A stretch of 64,000 bases of DNA from Candidatus Bathyarchaeia archaeon. Its GTDB lineage: Archaea > Thermoproteota > Bathyarchaeia > TCS64. Of the stretch, positions 16,737-25,400 are shown one piece after another. The stretch lies in contig JBEKDF010000009.1 of assembly GCA_050014495.1 (NCBI GenBank), forward strand, positions 1 to 64,000, given 5' to 3'. A program made the translations under genes and the position numbers. Below the pieces are notes generated by a model, which saw nothing but the letters and a program-made list of their open reading frames with translations, made no database searches and had not been told where the DNA came from. Numbering within the stretch: the stretch's first letter is position 1; every line of letters begins with the position of its first letter.

Positions 16737-16880
16737 GTGAAAGCCGACTGCCCGAACTGTAGACTGAGGGCCGTCGAACCCTCGAAGAGTTGGAAGATGA
16801 CCGGGAAAGGCGGGATCGTACTCTCGACACATCAATTCCGATGTCCAACATGCGGCTTCAAGTGGCGGTCCTACTCATGA
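16737..16880 (+). CDS. 47-aa Zn-ribbon protein, Cren7-like
   Basis: Below the ORF-track cutoff. GGAGGTG SD, GTG start, reads KADCPNCRLRAVEPSKSWKMTGKGGIVLSTHQFRCPTCGFKWRSYS. Its stop overlaps ATG 16877. Confidence 0.7.
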   Translation: MKADCPNCRLRAVEPSKSWKMTGKGGIVLSTHQFRCPTCGFKWRSYS

Positions 16881-17728
16881 AGCAGGTCAGAAAAGGTGCA
16901 GTAATCAGGTCCGCCAACCTGGTCAACTCGTTCACCGACTCATACGCTGGTAAGAGCCCTTCTTCGACACAACAAGCCAGAATAGTGGCCTCCGGTTTCA
17001 CTTATTATTATGGCCATGATCCATCAAAGTGGATTCAGGACGATATTTACGGTTACCTCAAGAGAAACGAGGGGCTGAGTCGAAGCACTCAGTATTGCTA
17101 CTCGGTGATCCTTAGAGCCCTTCTCAGGTTCTGCCACAGAGAAGACCTAGCTAAACTGGTAAAACCGCCTAGAAGGATCAGCGCCGGCAAGAAATACCCC
17201 ACCGATGATCAAGTGGACAAGCTTTTCAATGTGGCCGAGACGCTCTTGGAGAAATGCGTAGTCCAGGGCCTCTCACACACGGGCGTGAGAGTCGGTGAGC
17301 TCGTCCATCTCGAGGTGGATGACTTTGATTTCGAAAAACGTCAGATAAGTATCTGCGCGAAGAATGGATGGATCCCCAAGGAGTATAAGGAGAGGAACGT
17401 GCCCGTCGACACCAAGACCGCTTCAATGGTGAAGGAGCACATAGGCGATAGAACGACAGGCAAAATCTTCCCCTACTCAGAGACTTGGATACGTAGGCTC
17501 ATCAACGATTTATCTGAGAGGGCTGGATTAAGCGAGCTCCATATCACCCCACACTCGTTACGACATGGCTACGCTGTCCACGCATTGAAACACGGTATGG
17601 ATCTCCGTAGCCTTCAGAAGATCCTCGGGCACGCCGATCTGGCCACGACAGCTACTTATCTCCAGCTGACTGACCGAGACGTCGCCGAAGCATACGACAA
17701 GGTCTTCGAGAAGGGAGCCGAGGCATGA
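16877..17728 (+). CDS. XerC/D-like tyrosine recombinase
   Basis: TGVRVGEL, HSLRH, LGHADLATTATY. Start placed at the ATGA overlap (16877) rather than 16790. Confidence 0.92.
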   Translation: MKQVRKGAVIRSANLVNSFTDSYAGKSPSSTQQARIVASGFTYYYGHDPSKWIQDDIYGYLKRNEGLSRSTQYCYSVILRALLRFCHREDLAKLVKPPRRISAGKKYPTDDQVDKLFNVAETLLEKCVVQGLSHTGVRVGELVHLEVDDFDFEKRQISICAKNGWIPKEYKERNVPVDTKTASMVKEHIGDRTTGKIFPYSETWIRRLINDLSERAGLSELHITPHSLRHGYAVHALKHGMDLRSLQKILGHADLATTATYLQLTDRDVAEAYDKVFEKGAEA

Positions 17729-17892
17729 TCTGCCCGAACTGTGACAAGCGGGCTCAGAGATCAGCCTTCTACACAGGAAACAAGGATCCTGCAGGCGATG
17801 AGGTCTACAAATGCTCCCGGTGCGGCCACAGCTTCACCGAGAACGACCAAATAGAATGTAGCCGAGTCAAAAAACCGGAGGCATCACAATGA
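17725..17892 (+). CDS. 55-aa zinc-finger protein
   Basis: MICPNCDK...YKCSRCGHSF. ATGA overlaps with both neighbours. Not in the ORF track. Confidence 0.75.
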   Translation: MICPNCDKRAQRSAFYTGNKDPAGDEVYKCSRCGHSFTENDQIECSRVKKPEASQ

Positions 17893-18404
17893 GCGACGGC
17901 GGTAAGATAGTTACCAAGGCCGATGATGTCGTGAAGTGGATCCAGGAAGGTGAGACCTGGATTAAGCGAGGCCGAGAGATGTTCAGCGCTGGCTTCACGT
18001 CTAAGACCACTGAAGCGGCACCAAGAGCAGCCGCCTTCGACGAGACGCTTCTAAACGGCGTCGAATGGATGCCAGGCAAGTACGGCGAGTATGTCTTCTC
18101 GCAAGACTACAAGGATCTCTATATCGCGGTCCAGGACGCCGGCGGCAAGGTCGATATGGGCGACTTCACCGTTAGCATCGGCAAAAACGAGGACTACATC
18201 AACAAGAACCCGAAGAAACGAGCCGACCCAGCCCCAGCGCCCACGCAGGGCGGCGGCTACCAGGGCCAGATGAAGGACCCCGAGGGGGCTCCCACCCAGG
18301 CGCAGCTCAGCTTCCTCGGGAAGCTGGGAGTCGCCGGCTTCAGCGGCACCAAGAAGCAGGCCAGCGACCTCATCGAAGAAAAGCTGAGTGAGAAGAGAAA
18401 ATGA
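17889..18404 (+). CDS. hypothetical protein (C-terminal PTxxQ..L...TKxQASxLI module)
   Basis: Coupled operon position. As I recall, the C-terminal motif is common in viral DNA-binding/annealing proteins. Confidence 0.6.
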   Translation: MSDGGKIVTKADDVVKWIQEGETWIKRGREMFSAGFTSKTTEAAPRAAAFDETLLNGVEWMPGKYGEYVFSQDYKDLYIAVQDAGGKVDMGDFTVSIGKNEDYINKNPKKRADPAPAPTQGGGYQGQMKDPEGAPTQAQLSFLGKLGVAGFSGTKKQASDLIEEKLSEKRK

Positions 18405-18949
18405 AAACCGTCCTCGTCACCAACAAGGAGTTCGAGACCATCCCAGGCTATACTACCGGGGTCGATGTCGCCACCTGGAAGGGCAAGATAGACACCATAC
18501 TCTACCGACTCAAGGACAACCCTAAGGTCCAGGTGGTCCGCAAGGCCTGGCTCACCGAGGACGACTCCGAGATGCTCCTCCTCGAGCTCAAGGTCATCGT
18601 CGGCAGAAGCAACGTCCAGCGCCACCTCAGCTTCAAGCTTGAGCCCGTCATGATCCAGCGCGAGGTCCTCGACAAGCACCGGAACAGGCACCTAGTCACC
18701 GAGGATAAGACCAGCTGGAGGCTCTTCTACGAGCTCCTCAGCCAGAAGCTCGCAGCAGCCCGCCTAGGCCTCACTGAGATCCAGTACGAATTCATGCCCT
18801 ACATCAGCATGAGCCTACCCGGAGGCGGCCAGGGCACCCTTGCCGATATCCTTGACATCACCCTCGAGGCCGACAGGCTCAGCAGCCTAGGCCAGATCGA
18901 GGACAAGCGCGAACGCAGGGTAGTAGACGCGGAGGTGATGATCAAATGA
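18401..18949 (+). CDS. hypothetical protein
   Basis: ATGA-coupled ORF within the element operon. Confidence 0.7.
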   Translation: MKTVLVTNKEFETIPGYTTGVDVATWKGKIDTILYRLKDNPKVQVVRKAWLTEDDSEMLLLELKVIVGRSNVQRHLSFKLEPVMIQREVLDKHRNRHLVTEDKTSWRLFYELLSQKLAAARLGLTEIQYEFMPYISMSLPGGGQGTLADILDITLEADRLSSLGQIEDKRERRVVDAEVMIK

Positions 18950-19161
18950 AGATGATCACGCATCCCAAGCCTGATCTGGTGCTCGAGATGACCGCCGAGG
19001 AGGCCACGGCCTTCATTGACGATAGTAAGGGTCTCGTGGTTAGGCAGGCGGCGAAGAACGGCGCGGCCATAACATGGCTACTGACTCAGGGCCACTGGAT
19101 CATGATAAACCCGCCGAGTAAAGAGGAGGAACAATCACGTCACGGACAAGAGGATCCTTAG
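18946..19161 (+). CDS. hypothetical protein
   Basis: GGAGGTGA SD and ATGA overlap. Confidence 0.55.
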   Translation: MKMITHPKPDLVLEMTAEEATAFIDDSKGLVVRQAAKNGAAITWLLTQGHWIMINPPSKEEEQSRHGQEDP

Positions 19162-19360
19162 AAGTCTTCAGCTCCGGCTACGCCAGGGCCCAGATCAAGA
19201 TTACGGCAGACAGAGAGAAGTCCGTAGCCATCGTCCGCGAGATGATCCTCAGCCGACTAACCGTCAACTATAGTGTAAGTCCGATCAAGGAGAGTCAGCC
19301 GCCTGGGCCACGAGGCTTTCACTGCTTTATCAATCTTGAGCTGCCGGAGGCCTCACGGCC

Positions 19361-21277
19361 ATGACTGGCGAAGAAAAAAACATTTCATTTCTTACTCCCA
19401 CCCCCGGCGCATATAGTTTAGAGGAGGCCAAGCAGCGAGGCTTAGCCTGGAAGGAAGCCCAGAAGCGGGCCACGGAGCTCATGGACCTAGACTTCGTGAA
19501 GCGGGTTATCAGTGAGACCGTTAAGCACGACGAGGAGGCGAAGCTGATCACCTTCTTCGCTATGGTCCTGAACTACACCTATGAGGACCAGCAAGGGATA
19601 ATATTCAGCGCCCCTAGCTCCACGGGTAAAAGCTGGATAGCACTTGAGATAGCCAAATTCTTCCCAAAGGAGGACGTTGACAGCAAGGGCTACACCTCAC
19701 GCCGAGCCTTCTTCCATATGAATCAGGACCTACAGACTGCAGACGGAAAACCCCTCGAGAAAAGGGCCGACTACCTTAGGCAGAAAATGGAGGGTTGGGA
19801 GGGCTCAAACCCCAAGCCCCACGCCCCCGACACAAGCGACAAGACACCCGAGGCTGTCAGACTCAGGAAAGTCGCCTCAGACTGGAAGGAAAAGCGCAAA
19901 GAGGAGTACAGGAAACATCGAGACACCTACGACGCCCTAGATAAGGTCTACATCGTCGACCTCGCCCAGAGGATCTTAATATGGAAGGACATGCCCGACG
20001 ACGGGGTCCTTCAACCCCTACGCAGCCTCATGAGCCATGACGAGAAGGAGCTAATCGCGGATATTACGGATAAGTCACAGTCGGGCTCAAACCTCACGAA
20101 GAGGGTTAAGCTCCTAGGATACCCCACCGTGATCTTCTGTCAAGCAGGCTTCAGCCCCGACGATCAGGAGCGCACACGCAACTTTATTGTAAGCCCGGAC
20201 ATGGATCAGGAGAAGCTCAGCGACAGCCTAGGCCTCCAAGCCGAGACCCTCAGAAACAGGCCCGGTTTCCAGCAGAGACTCGATACACAGATAGAGCGAA
20301 TGGCGCTTAAGGCGAGAATCGAGGCAATCAAGGCCGAGAATATTCAGCAAATAATGATAGAGGAGTCTGACATAAACAACGCCCTCAAATGGTATAAACG
20401 GGGCAAAGATGGCAGACCCCGCGACCTCACCCCCAGAGACCAGCGGGACTGGCCTCGCCTAATCGCCATGGCGAAGGGCCACGCCCTCTTCAACTTATTT
20501 CAGAGGAAACGGACCCCCGAAGGCTACGTTATCGCTACGACCGAGGACCTCGAGGTCGCGAAGACTATTCTCGGCAGGATCGTGGAAGCGAACCGCCTCG
20601 GGATGCCTCCATACGTCTATGATTGGTGGGCTGAGGACCTGAGTAAAACATTCGAGGCCCAGCCCTACGGATTAACCAAAAACGAGTTTAACGCCAGCTA
20701 CTTCGGCAGATTCAAGACTAGACTCGGCGACAAGGCACGCAAGAACTTGATCAAGTCCCTCGAGGAGACGGGCCTGATTGAGGAGCGCACCGACCCCGAC
20801 GACAAGAGGACCACCAAACTATATGCAACGGGGGTAGGAGTAAGAAATGAAATAAATATTTCTCAGGAGAGCCCAAAACTCCAGGATTTTATTGGTAAGT
20901 CAGGTACACTCTTACAGGAAGATACGCCAGCGTCGCCCGGACTGAAGCCAGAGGAGAAGATAGAGAGGGCTCCGGAGCTCTCCGGGGGTCCCTCGCCTGA
21001 AAAGGATGGGCTAAAGGAACAGCCACCCGAGCCAGAGGGTCCCGAGGAAGTCGTCCCCGTCACCGTTGAGGCCGAGGACCCTAAGCCCCGCGTCACCCTT
21101 GAGGAGAGGTTTAGGCAGATTACGAAGATCTTCGAGGAATCCCACAACCAGGCCAGCACCGACTACATCGCGTCGAGGCTCGGTGTCACCTCAGAGGAGA
21201 TGGAGAAGCTACTGAGGGCTATGACGCCTCATGTCTTCACGGTCCCAGGCTCGGACCTATGGAGGTTCAGCCCGTGA
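19361..21277 (+). CDS. P-loop ATPase with C-terminal wHTH domains, putative replication helicase/initiator
   Basis: Walker A-like SAPSSTGKS, LTPRDQRD helix, wHTH-like LEETGLIEERTDPDDKR, acidic/Pro linker, second HTH-like tail. Confidence 0.7.
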   Translation: MTGEEKNISFLTPTPGAYSLEEAKQRGLAWKEAQKRATELMDLDFVKRVISETVKHDEEAKLITFFAMVLNYTYEDQQGIIFSAPSSTGKSWIALEIAKFFPKEDVDSKGYTSRRAFFHMNQDLQTADGKPLEKRADYLRQKMEGWEGSNPKPHAPDTSDKTPEAVRLRKVASDWKEKRKEEYRKHRDTYDALDKVYIVDLAQRILIWKDMPDDGVLQPLRSLMSHDEKELIADITDKSQSGSNLTKRVKLLGYPTVIFCQAGFSPDDQERTRNFIVSPDMDQEKLSDSLGLQAETLRNRPGFQQRLDTQIERMALKARIEAIKAENIQQIMIEESDINNALKWYKRGKDGRPRDLTPRDQRDWPRLIAMAKGHALFNLFQRKRTPEGYVIATTEDLEVAKTILGRIVEANRLGMPPYVYDWWAEDLSKTFEAQPYGLTKNEFNASYFGRFKTRLGDKARKNLIKSLEETGLIEERTDPDDKRTTKLYATGVGVRNEINISQESPKLQDFIGKSGTLLQEDTPASPGLKPEEKIERAPELSGGPSPEKDGLKEQPPEPEGPEEVVPVTVEAEDPKPRVTLEERFRQITKIFEESHNQASTDYIASRLGVTSEEMEKLLRAMTPHVFTVPGSDLWRFSP

Positions 21278-21456
21278 CTCAGGTTAATTGCTTCATGGTG
21301 GATTGTCGGCACCGATTCAGGGAAGTATGCCAGAAGCCCGCGGTCGAGGTGGATAAGTCGGGGCGCTGCGTCAGCTTCGACCGCATACCGGGCTACCTCA
21401 TGGGGCATGGGTACGACGCCAGATTCAAGAAGTCGGAGGGAGGAACCGCGCCGTGA
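21259..21456 (+). CDS. small Cys-rich protein
   Basis: C-x3-C-x6-C-x12-C pattern. The start is probably GTG 21274, overlapping the upstream stop. Confidence 0.55.
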   Translation: MEVQPVTQVNCFMVDCRHRFREVCQKPAVEVDKSGRCVSFDRIPGYLMGHGYDARFKKSEGGTAP

Positions 21457-21644
21457 CTGAAAGGCTGTTCAGGTTCTTGGTTGAGAGGTCCATATGGAAG
21501 CGTGGCCACGTCCTGGCCCTGAAAACTGAGTGGAGAAAGATCTATTGCTCAGATATCGAGTCGACCAAGCACTACGCTGAGGAACTGAGGACATACCACG
21601 GCTTCAGGATCCTAAGCGAGGTCATGGAGGCGTCCGAGAAATGA
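21453..21644 (+). CDS. hypothetical protein
   Basis: SD plus overlapping start/stop coupling. Confidence 0.55.
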   Translation: MTERLFRFLVERSIWKRGHVLALKTEWRKIYCSDIESTKHYAEELRTYHGFRILSEVMEASEK

Positions 21645-21937
21645 GCACCATCCGCGTCGGAAAATGGGACGTCCCCGCCGACCTCTTCAACGATTACATC
21701 CGCTTTTCGATAATGGCGAATACCTACCTCGACCCCGAGGCCGAGATCCCGACTCACTCGGATTATGAGCGGGCGCTGAGGTGGAAACTATGCGTCCAAG
21801 AAGTGATGAGGGTCCACCGGGCGATATGCGCCGCGATCGGGGTGCCTTACTCAGAGAACACCGACGACGAGTTTTACATGGCTTTCCACCGAGAGGTCAA
21901 TAAACAAACTAAGCTCAAGGGAGGCACTGCATATTGA
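21641..21937 (+). CDS. hypothetical protein
   Basis: ATGA-coupled ORF. Confidence 0.6.
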   Translation: MSTIRVGKWDVPADLFNDYIRFSIMANTYLDPEAEIPTHSDYERALRWKLCVQEVMRVHRAICAAIGVPYSENTDDEFYMAFHREVNKQTKLKGGTAY

Positions 21938-22671
21938 GCCTCGTCGATGAGCACCTCGCCCAACGCGAGGAGAACCGCAGAACCCGAGTCCCCGGCGTCG
22001 TCTACGTCACCGATATCGTCAAGCCCTGCCAGCGCGGCGCCTACTACACCGCCATACTCAACAAGGCCGCCTCCCCCGAATCCCTCCGCATCTTCGAGGC
22101 CGGAAACCTAATCGAGGACTGGTGGATCAACGCCGTCCTCAGTGGCCGCAAGGACCTCCATGTAGTCGCCACCCAGCTCCCGGCCCGTTACGTTGATGAG
22201 GCCGGCGCCTTCGAGATCCACGGCCGAGTCGACGCCCTAATCCAGCATGGCGACCGAGCCCTCGTGGTCCACGAGGTCAAAAGCCAGAGAACCGCTTCCT
22301 GGCTCCGCGAACCGAAGCCAGAGCATGTTGAGCAGCTCCAGTTCTACCTCGCCGCCCTCGGCCTCGACTGGGGCCAAGTCGACTACCTCGACAAGACCAT
22401 CCTCCTCCAGGGCCGCGACGTGAAGGCCCGACCAGGCAAAGGCGGAACCGTCGACAAGAGCTTCCCCGTCCAGCGCGATACACGGGTCTTCGCGGAGCTC
22501 GTCCGCCGCGGCCGCCTCCTCGCCGAGGCCATCAGGGCCGGGAAACCACCCGCGAAGGCTGAGTGCTGGATGTGTCAAGGATATTGTGACTACGCGGCTG
22601 AATGCCGCGCCGAGGATGGTGAAGGGCCGCTAAATGCGGGACTCAACGTCGTCGAGGAGACATCGCCTTGA
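21934..22671 (+). CDS. Cas4-like PD-(D/E)xK exonuclease with Fe-S cysteines (no CRISPR array seen in window)
   Basis: N-terminal PCQR, GRVD..HEVKS..QLQFY, C-terminal CWMCQGYCDYAAEC. Confidence 0.85.
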   Translation: MSLVDEHLAQREENRRTRVPGVVYVTDIVKPCQRGAYYTAILNKAASPESLRIFEAGNLIEDWWINAVLSGRKDLHVVATQLPARYVDEAGAFEIHGRVDALIQHGDRALVVHEVKSQRTASWLREPKPEHVEQLQFYLAALGLDWGQVDYLDKTILLQGRDVKARPGKGGTVDKSFPVQRDTRVFAELVRRGRLLAEAIRAGKPPAKAECWMCQGYCDYAAECRAEDGEGPLNAGLNVVEETSP

Positions 22672-22814
22672 CGAAGAAGAACCGCCGCGCGCGCGTCCCC
22701 AGACCACTACCTCCGATCATCAAGCCGGGCTGCCCGAAGTGCGCCGAGAACAAGGCTGCGGGCCTCACTCACTGCCTCAGGTGCGGCGCAGACCTCAAAA
22801 GGTGGATGCCATGA
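22668..22814 (+). CDS. 48-aa zinc-ribbon protein
   Basis: TTG start overlapping the Cas4-like stop. CPKC...HCLRCG. Stop overlaps ATG 22811. Confidence 0.65.
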   Translation: MTKKNRRARVPRPLPPIIKPGCPKCAENKAAGLTHCLRCGADLKRWMP

Positions 22815-23002
22815 AAATCATCGATGTCATCGTGCCCGAGATCGAGGGTCAACTCGCTAAAGAGCTGCACAAATCACCAACGATGATCCGATTCTACGCC
22901 TGTAGAATGACCCTTGAACTTGAACTTGGTCGGCAGATGACACCTGAGGAGCAACACGAACTCGCAAAATATGTCTATGAGATCCACAGGAGGGCCCGCT
23001 GA
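22811..23002 (+). CDS. hypothetical protein
   Basis: MKIIDVIVPE..., the 3' part of the ORF-track call 22634..23002. Confidence 0.55.
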   Translation: MKIIDVIVPEIEGQLAKELHKSPTMIRFYACRMTLELELGRQMTPEEQHELAKYVYEIHRRAR

Positions 23003-23051
23003 TGCCTCAGATCCTTGACGACCTAGACGAGTTGGCGCCGCGGAGGTGTGA

Positions 23052-23309
23052 TTGAAGTCCTTGCAGGCCTACTCCCCTAAGCTGGTTCGAGTCCGATACA
23101 TGGATCACGTTCTATTCAGATATGTTGATCCACGGACAGTGGGGCCAGTTCTGAGGGAGGCGGTGGGTTGGATAATCGCCCAGGACGATGAGGCTGTGAC
23201 CATCCTCTTCGACAGGGCCCTGGAGCTCCAGGAGCGTGAGAAGCCTGATCTGGCCTCAGGGCTCAGGATCCTGAGGAGCTGCATAAAGGAGATCGAAGAA
23301 ATTGGTTGA
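23052..23309 (+). CDS. hypothetical protein (small beta-rich)
   Basis: GGAGGTG SD. VRYMDH...EAVGWI. Confidence 0.65.
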   Translation: MKSLQAYSPKLVRVRYMDHVLFRYVDPRTVGPVLREAVGWIIAQDDEAVTILFDRALELQEREKPDLASGLRILRSCIKEIEEIG

Positions 23310-23504
23310 TCAATCTTCTTTTCTAAAAGACACACTAGACTTTTCGACATCGACAGAGGCCGTCAATTCTTCCTGTCCTTCAATTTTTAGGATTTTTACA
23401 GCTGCGCTTGGAATAGTCACTAAGAAACTGCCCCTTTGTCGTTTCTGTACTTTGACTTTTCCCACGTCTATTTCGACCATATTCGCTACCGCTTTATCTA
23501 CCAC
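23310..23504 (-). CDS. AbrB/MazE/SpoVT-family DNA-binding protein
   Basis: KVKVQK..GSFLVTIPS..VKILKIEG. Confidence 0.8.
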   Translation of the reverse strand: MVDKAVANMVEIDVGKVKVQKRQRGSFLVTIPSAAVKILKIEGQEELTASVDVEKSSVSFRKED

Positions 23505-23574
23505 AGAGTTAAATATAAGCCTTCATAAATTATGTGGTAGATATGGCGGTAGAATCAACGGTTGGTAATGATGT

Positions 23575-23880
23575 ATGATGAAACTCCTGTTAGATGAGAA
23601 CTGCTCGAACTTGGGACCAGCCCTCAAGGAGTTGGGTTGGAGCGTCTACACCGTTCCTGAGGTGATAGACCGGCCAGCTGGCTGTAAGAGCGTTACGGAT
23701 GACAGGATCCTGGAGTTCGCTAAAGCCGAGAAGTACGTGATCATCACGAAGGACCAGGGACTCAAGGACCAATGCCAGAATGCTGAAGTCCCCTATGTCG
23801 GTTTAGGAGGTGTCGAGGAGGAGGCCGGTATCGTCGACCGGAAACTCAGGAAGGTAGTAGCCTGGAAGAGGTACCTCTAG
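23575..23880 (+). CDS. DUF5615/Mut7-C-type PIN-like protein
   Basis: MKLLLDEN...DDRILEFA...IITKD. Confidence 0.8.
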   Translation: MMKLLLDENCSNLGPALKELGWSVYTVPEVIDRPAGCKSVTDDRILEFAKAEKYVIITKDQGLKDQCQNAEVPYVGLGGVEEEAGIVDRKLRKVVAWKRYL

Positions 23881-23881
23881 A

Positions 23882-25267
23882 ATGGCCGAGTCCAAACAAT
23901 TCAAAGAGATCACACTTACCCACAGCTCCCGAGGCAGGAAGCTGAGTAGGCCAATCACATTCAGGATCATAATTGCTAGGAGCCCTGGAGAAAAGGCTGT
24001 CCAGGACTACGTGATCGAGTCTTTATCCATAAAAATGCCGAGTCTGATCCCCTTCGTCTTCGAGAATAGCACCGTGGTGAATCGAGCCAAGGATCTTAAA
24101 TTCCACTACATTGGGAGCCCCGCGACACTCTACCAGGACGTATATGGAGTCTATCGATTCAGTAAGTGGATAGGCCAGTCACCTGATGAGCTCTTCAAGG
24201 GATGCCTGAACAGGAAAGGTAAGCCTGATCCATCTAGACTAGACGAGCTCAAGAGACGTCTCGACGACTTCATGTGTGATCTCAAGGCGGGAAATACCGC
24301 TCCGAGTACCGTGGCCAACTACGTGAAGGGAGTAAAAGGCCTCTTCAAGTCGAACGGTGTCCCTCTTGAATTACCTTTCAGGATCAGTCGTAAGAAAGCG
24401 GAGCCGGATCATTCTCCGACCCCTGAGGAGCTTCAGCAAGTTCTTGACATCGCTGCTCCAAGAGAGAGGGCGATCGTGAGCTTCCTAGCTCTAACTGGAG
24501 TCCGGGAGGGAACCCTTGTGAGACTCAAGTATCGACACGTTCAGCAAGATCTCGAGGCCAGAGTTTCACCCATCCACATTCACGTTGAGGTCGATATCAC
24601 AAAGGGCGAGTATGGCGCCTTCGATACCTTCCTGGCCGGTGAGGGTGTCGAGTACCTGAAGGCCTACCTTCAATCCAGGAGGGCAGGAACAGAGAAGATC
24701 CCATCCGAGGAGATCATGCCAGACTCGCCCCTCTTCAGCTGGGCCTCATGCGGAAGGCCTCTCACAGAGTCAAGGATCCACGCCCTGGTGAGTCGCCTAT
24801 ACCTGAGGGCCGGGATCATCTCAAAGGCCGATAAAGGTAGAAGGTACAGGGTCAGGCCTCACAGCCTGAGGAAGTACTTCAGGACCCAGCTCGCAGCTCT
24901 ATCAATCCCCACCGATCACGTTGAGTACATGATGGGCCACGTGATGAGCACCTACAATGACGTTCAGAGCCTGGGTATCGAGAAGCTAAGAAATGAGTAC
25001 GCCACAGCTGGACTCAGCATCAGGCCGAGGACCAGAGCCAGTAAGATCGAGATGGTCAAGTCGATGCTTGAGTCCATAGGGGTGTCACCTGAGGAGATGA
25101 GAGCAGCTCTAGTTAAGCCAAACAGGACCGTGATCGGCCTGGAGGATGGAGAGGCAGTTCAGCTTAAGGCTCTCCAGGGTGTCATGAAGAGAGCTCTCCT
25201 TAAGGAACTTGGTATAAATTCATGGCTAGAGAGTGGTAGCCCGGCGGAGATTCGAACTCCGGTCTAA
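23882..25267 (+). CDS. tyrosine integrase, 3' end reading through att into the tRNA antisense
   Basis: TGVREGTL, HSLRKYF, MMGH..STY. Overlaps 25234..25267. Confidence 0.93.
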   Translation: MAESKQFKEITLTHSSRGRKLSRPITFRIIIARSPGEKAVQDYVIESLSIKMPSLIPFVFENSTVVNRAKDLKFHYIGSPATLYQDVYGVYRFSKWIGQSPDELFKGCLNRKGKPDPSRLDELKRRLDDFMCDLKAGNTAPSTVANYVKGVKGLFKSNGVPLELPFRISRKKAEPDHSPTPEELQQVLDIAAPRERAIVSFLALTGVREGTLVRLKYRHVQQDLEARVSPIHIHVEVDITKGEYGAFDTFLAGEGVEYLKAYLQSRRAGTEKIPSEEIMPDSPLFSWASCGRPLTESRIHALVSRLYLRAGIISKADKGRRYRVRPHSLRKYFRTQLAALSIPTDHVEYMMGHVMSTYNDVQSLGIEKLRNEYATAGLSIRPRTRASKIEMVKSMLESIGVSPEEMRAALVKPNRTVIGLEDGEAVQLKALQGVMKRALLKELGINSWLESGSPAEIRTPV

Positions 25268-25309
25268 GGGTCCAAAGCCCTCCATCCTTGTCCACTAGAC
25301 GACCGGGCT
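25234..25309 (-). tRNA. tRNA-Gln(TTG), CCA encoded, no intron
   Basis: Reverse complement AGCCCGGTCGTCTAGTGGACAAGGATGGAGGGCT-TTG-GACCCTTAGACCGGAGTTCGAATCTCCGCCGGGCTACCA folds as a cloverleaf. Confidence 0.97.
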
Positions 25310-25400
25310 CCAGCATCCAATACCACGCATGACTCTATTAAGGCTTAACCGAAGGGGCTAAACCCAAATACCTCATCCACGTCCCTAGTGACTGAATTAA

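Larger units (their letters stand above)
12982..25250. mobile_element. tRNA-Gln-integrated element (~12.3 kb, plasmid-like or defective provirus)
   Basis: 17-bp att direct repeats, terminal tyrosine integrase, tightly overlapping small ORFs, replication-type ATPase, Cas4-like nuclease. Confidence 0.9.

Noticed and set aside
16790..16876. N-terminal extension of the Xer-like recombinase in the ORF track
   Set aside because: Overlaps the better-supported Cren7-like ORF. The ATGA coupling at 16877 gives a more plausible start.
23302..23568. 88-aa plus-strand ORF
   Set aside because: Antisense shadow of the AbrB-like gene.
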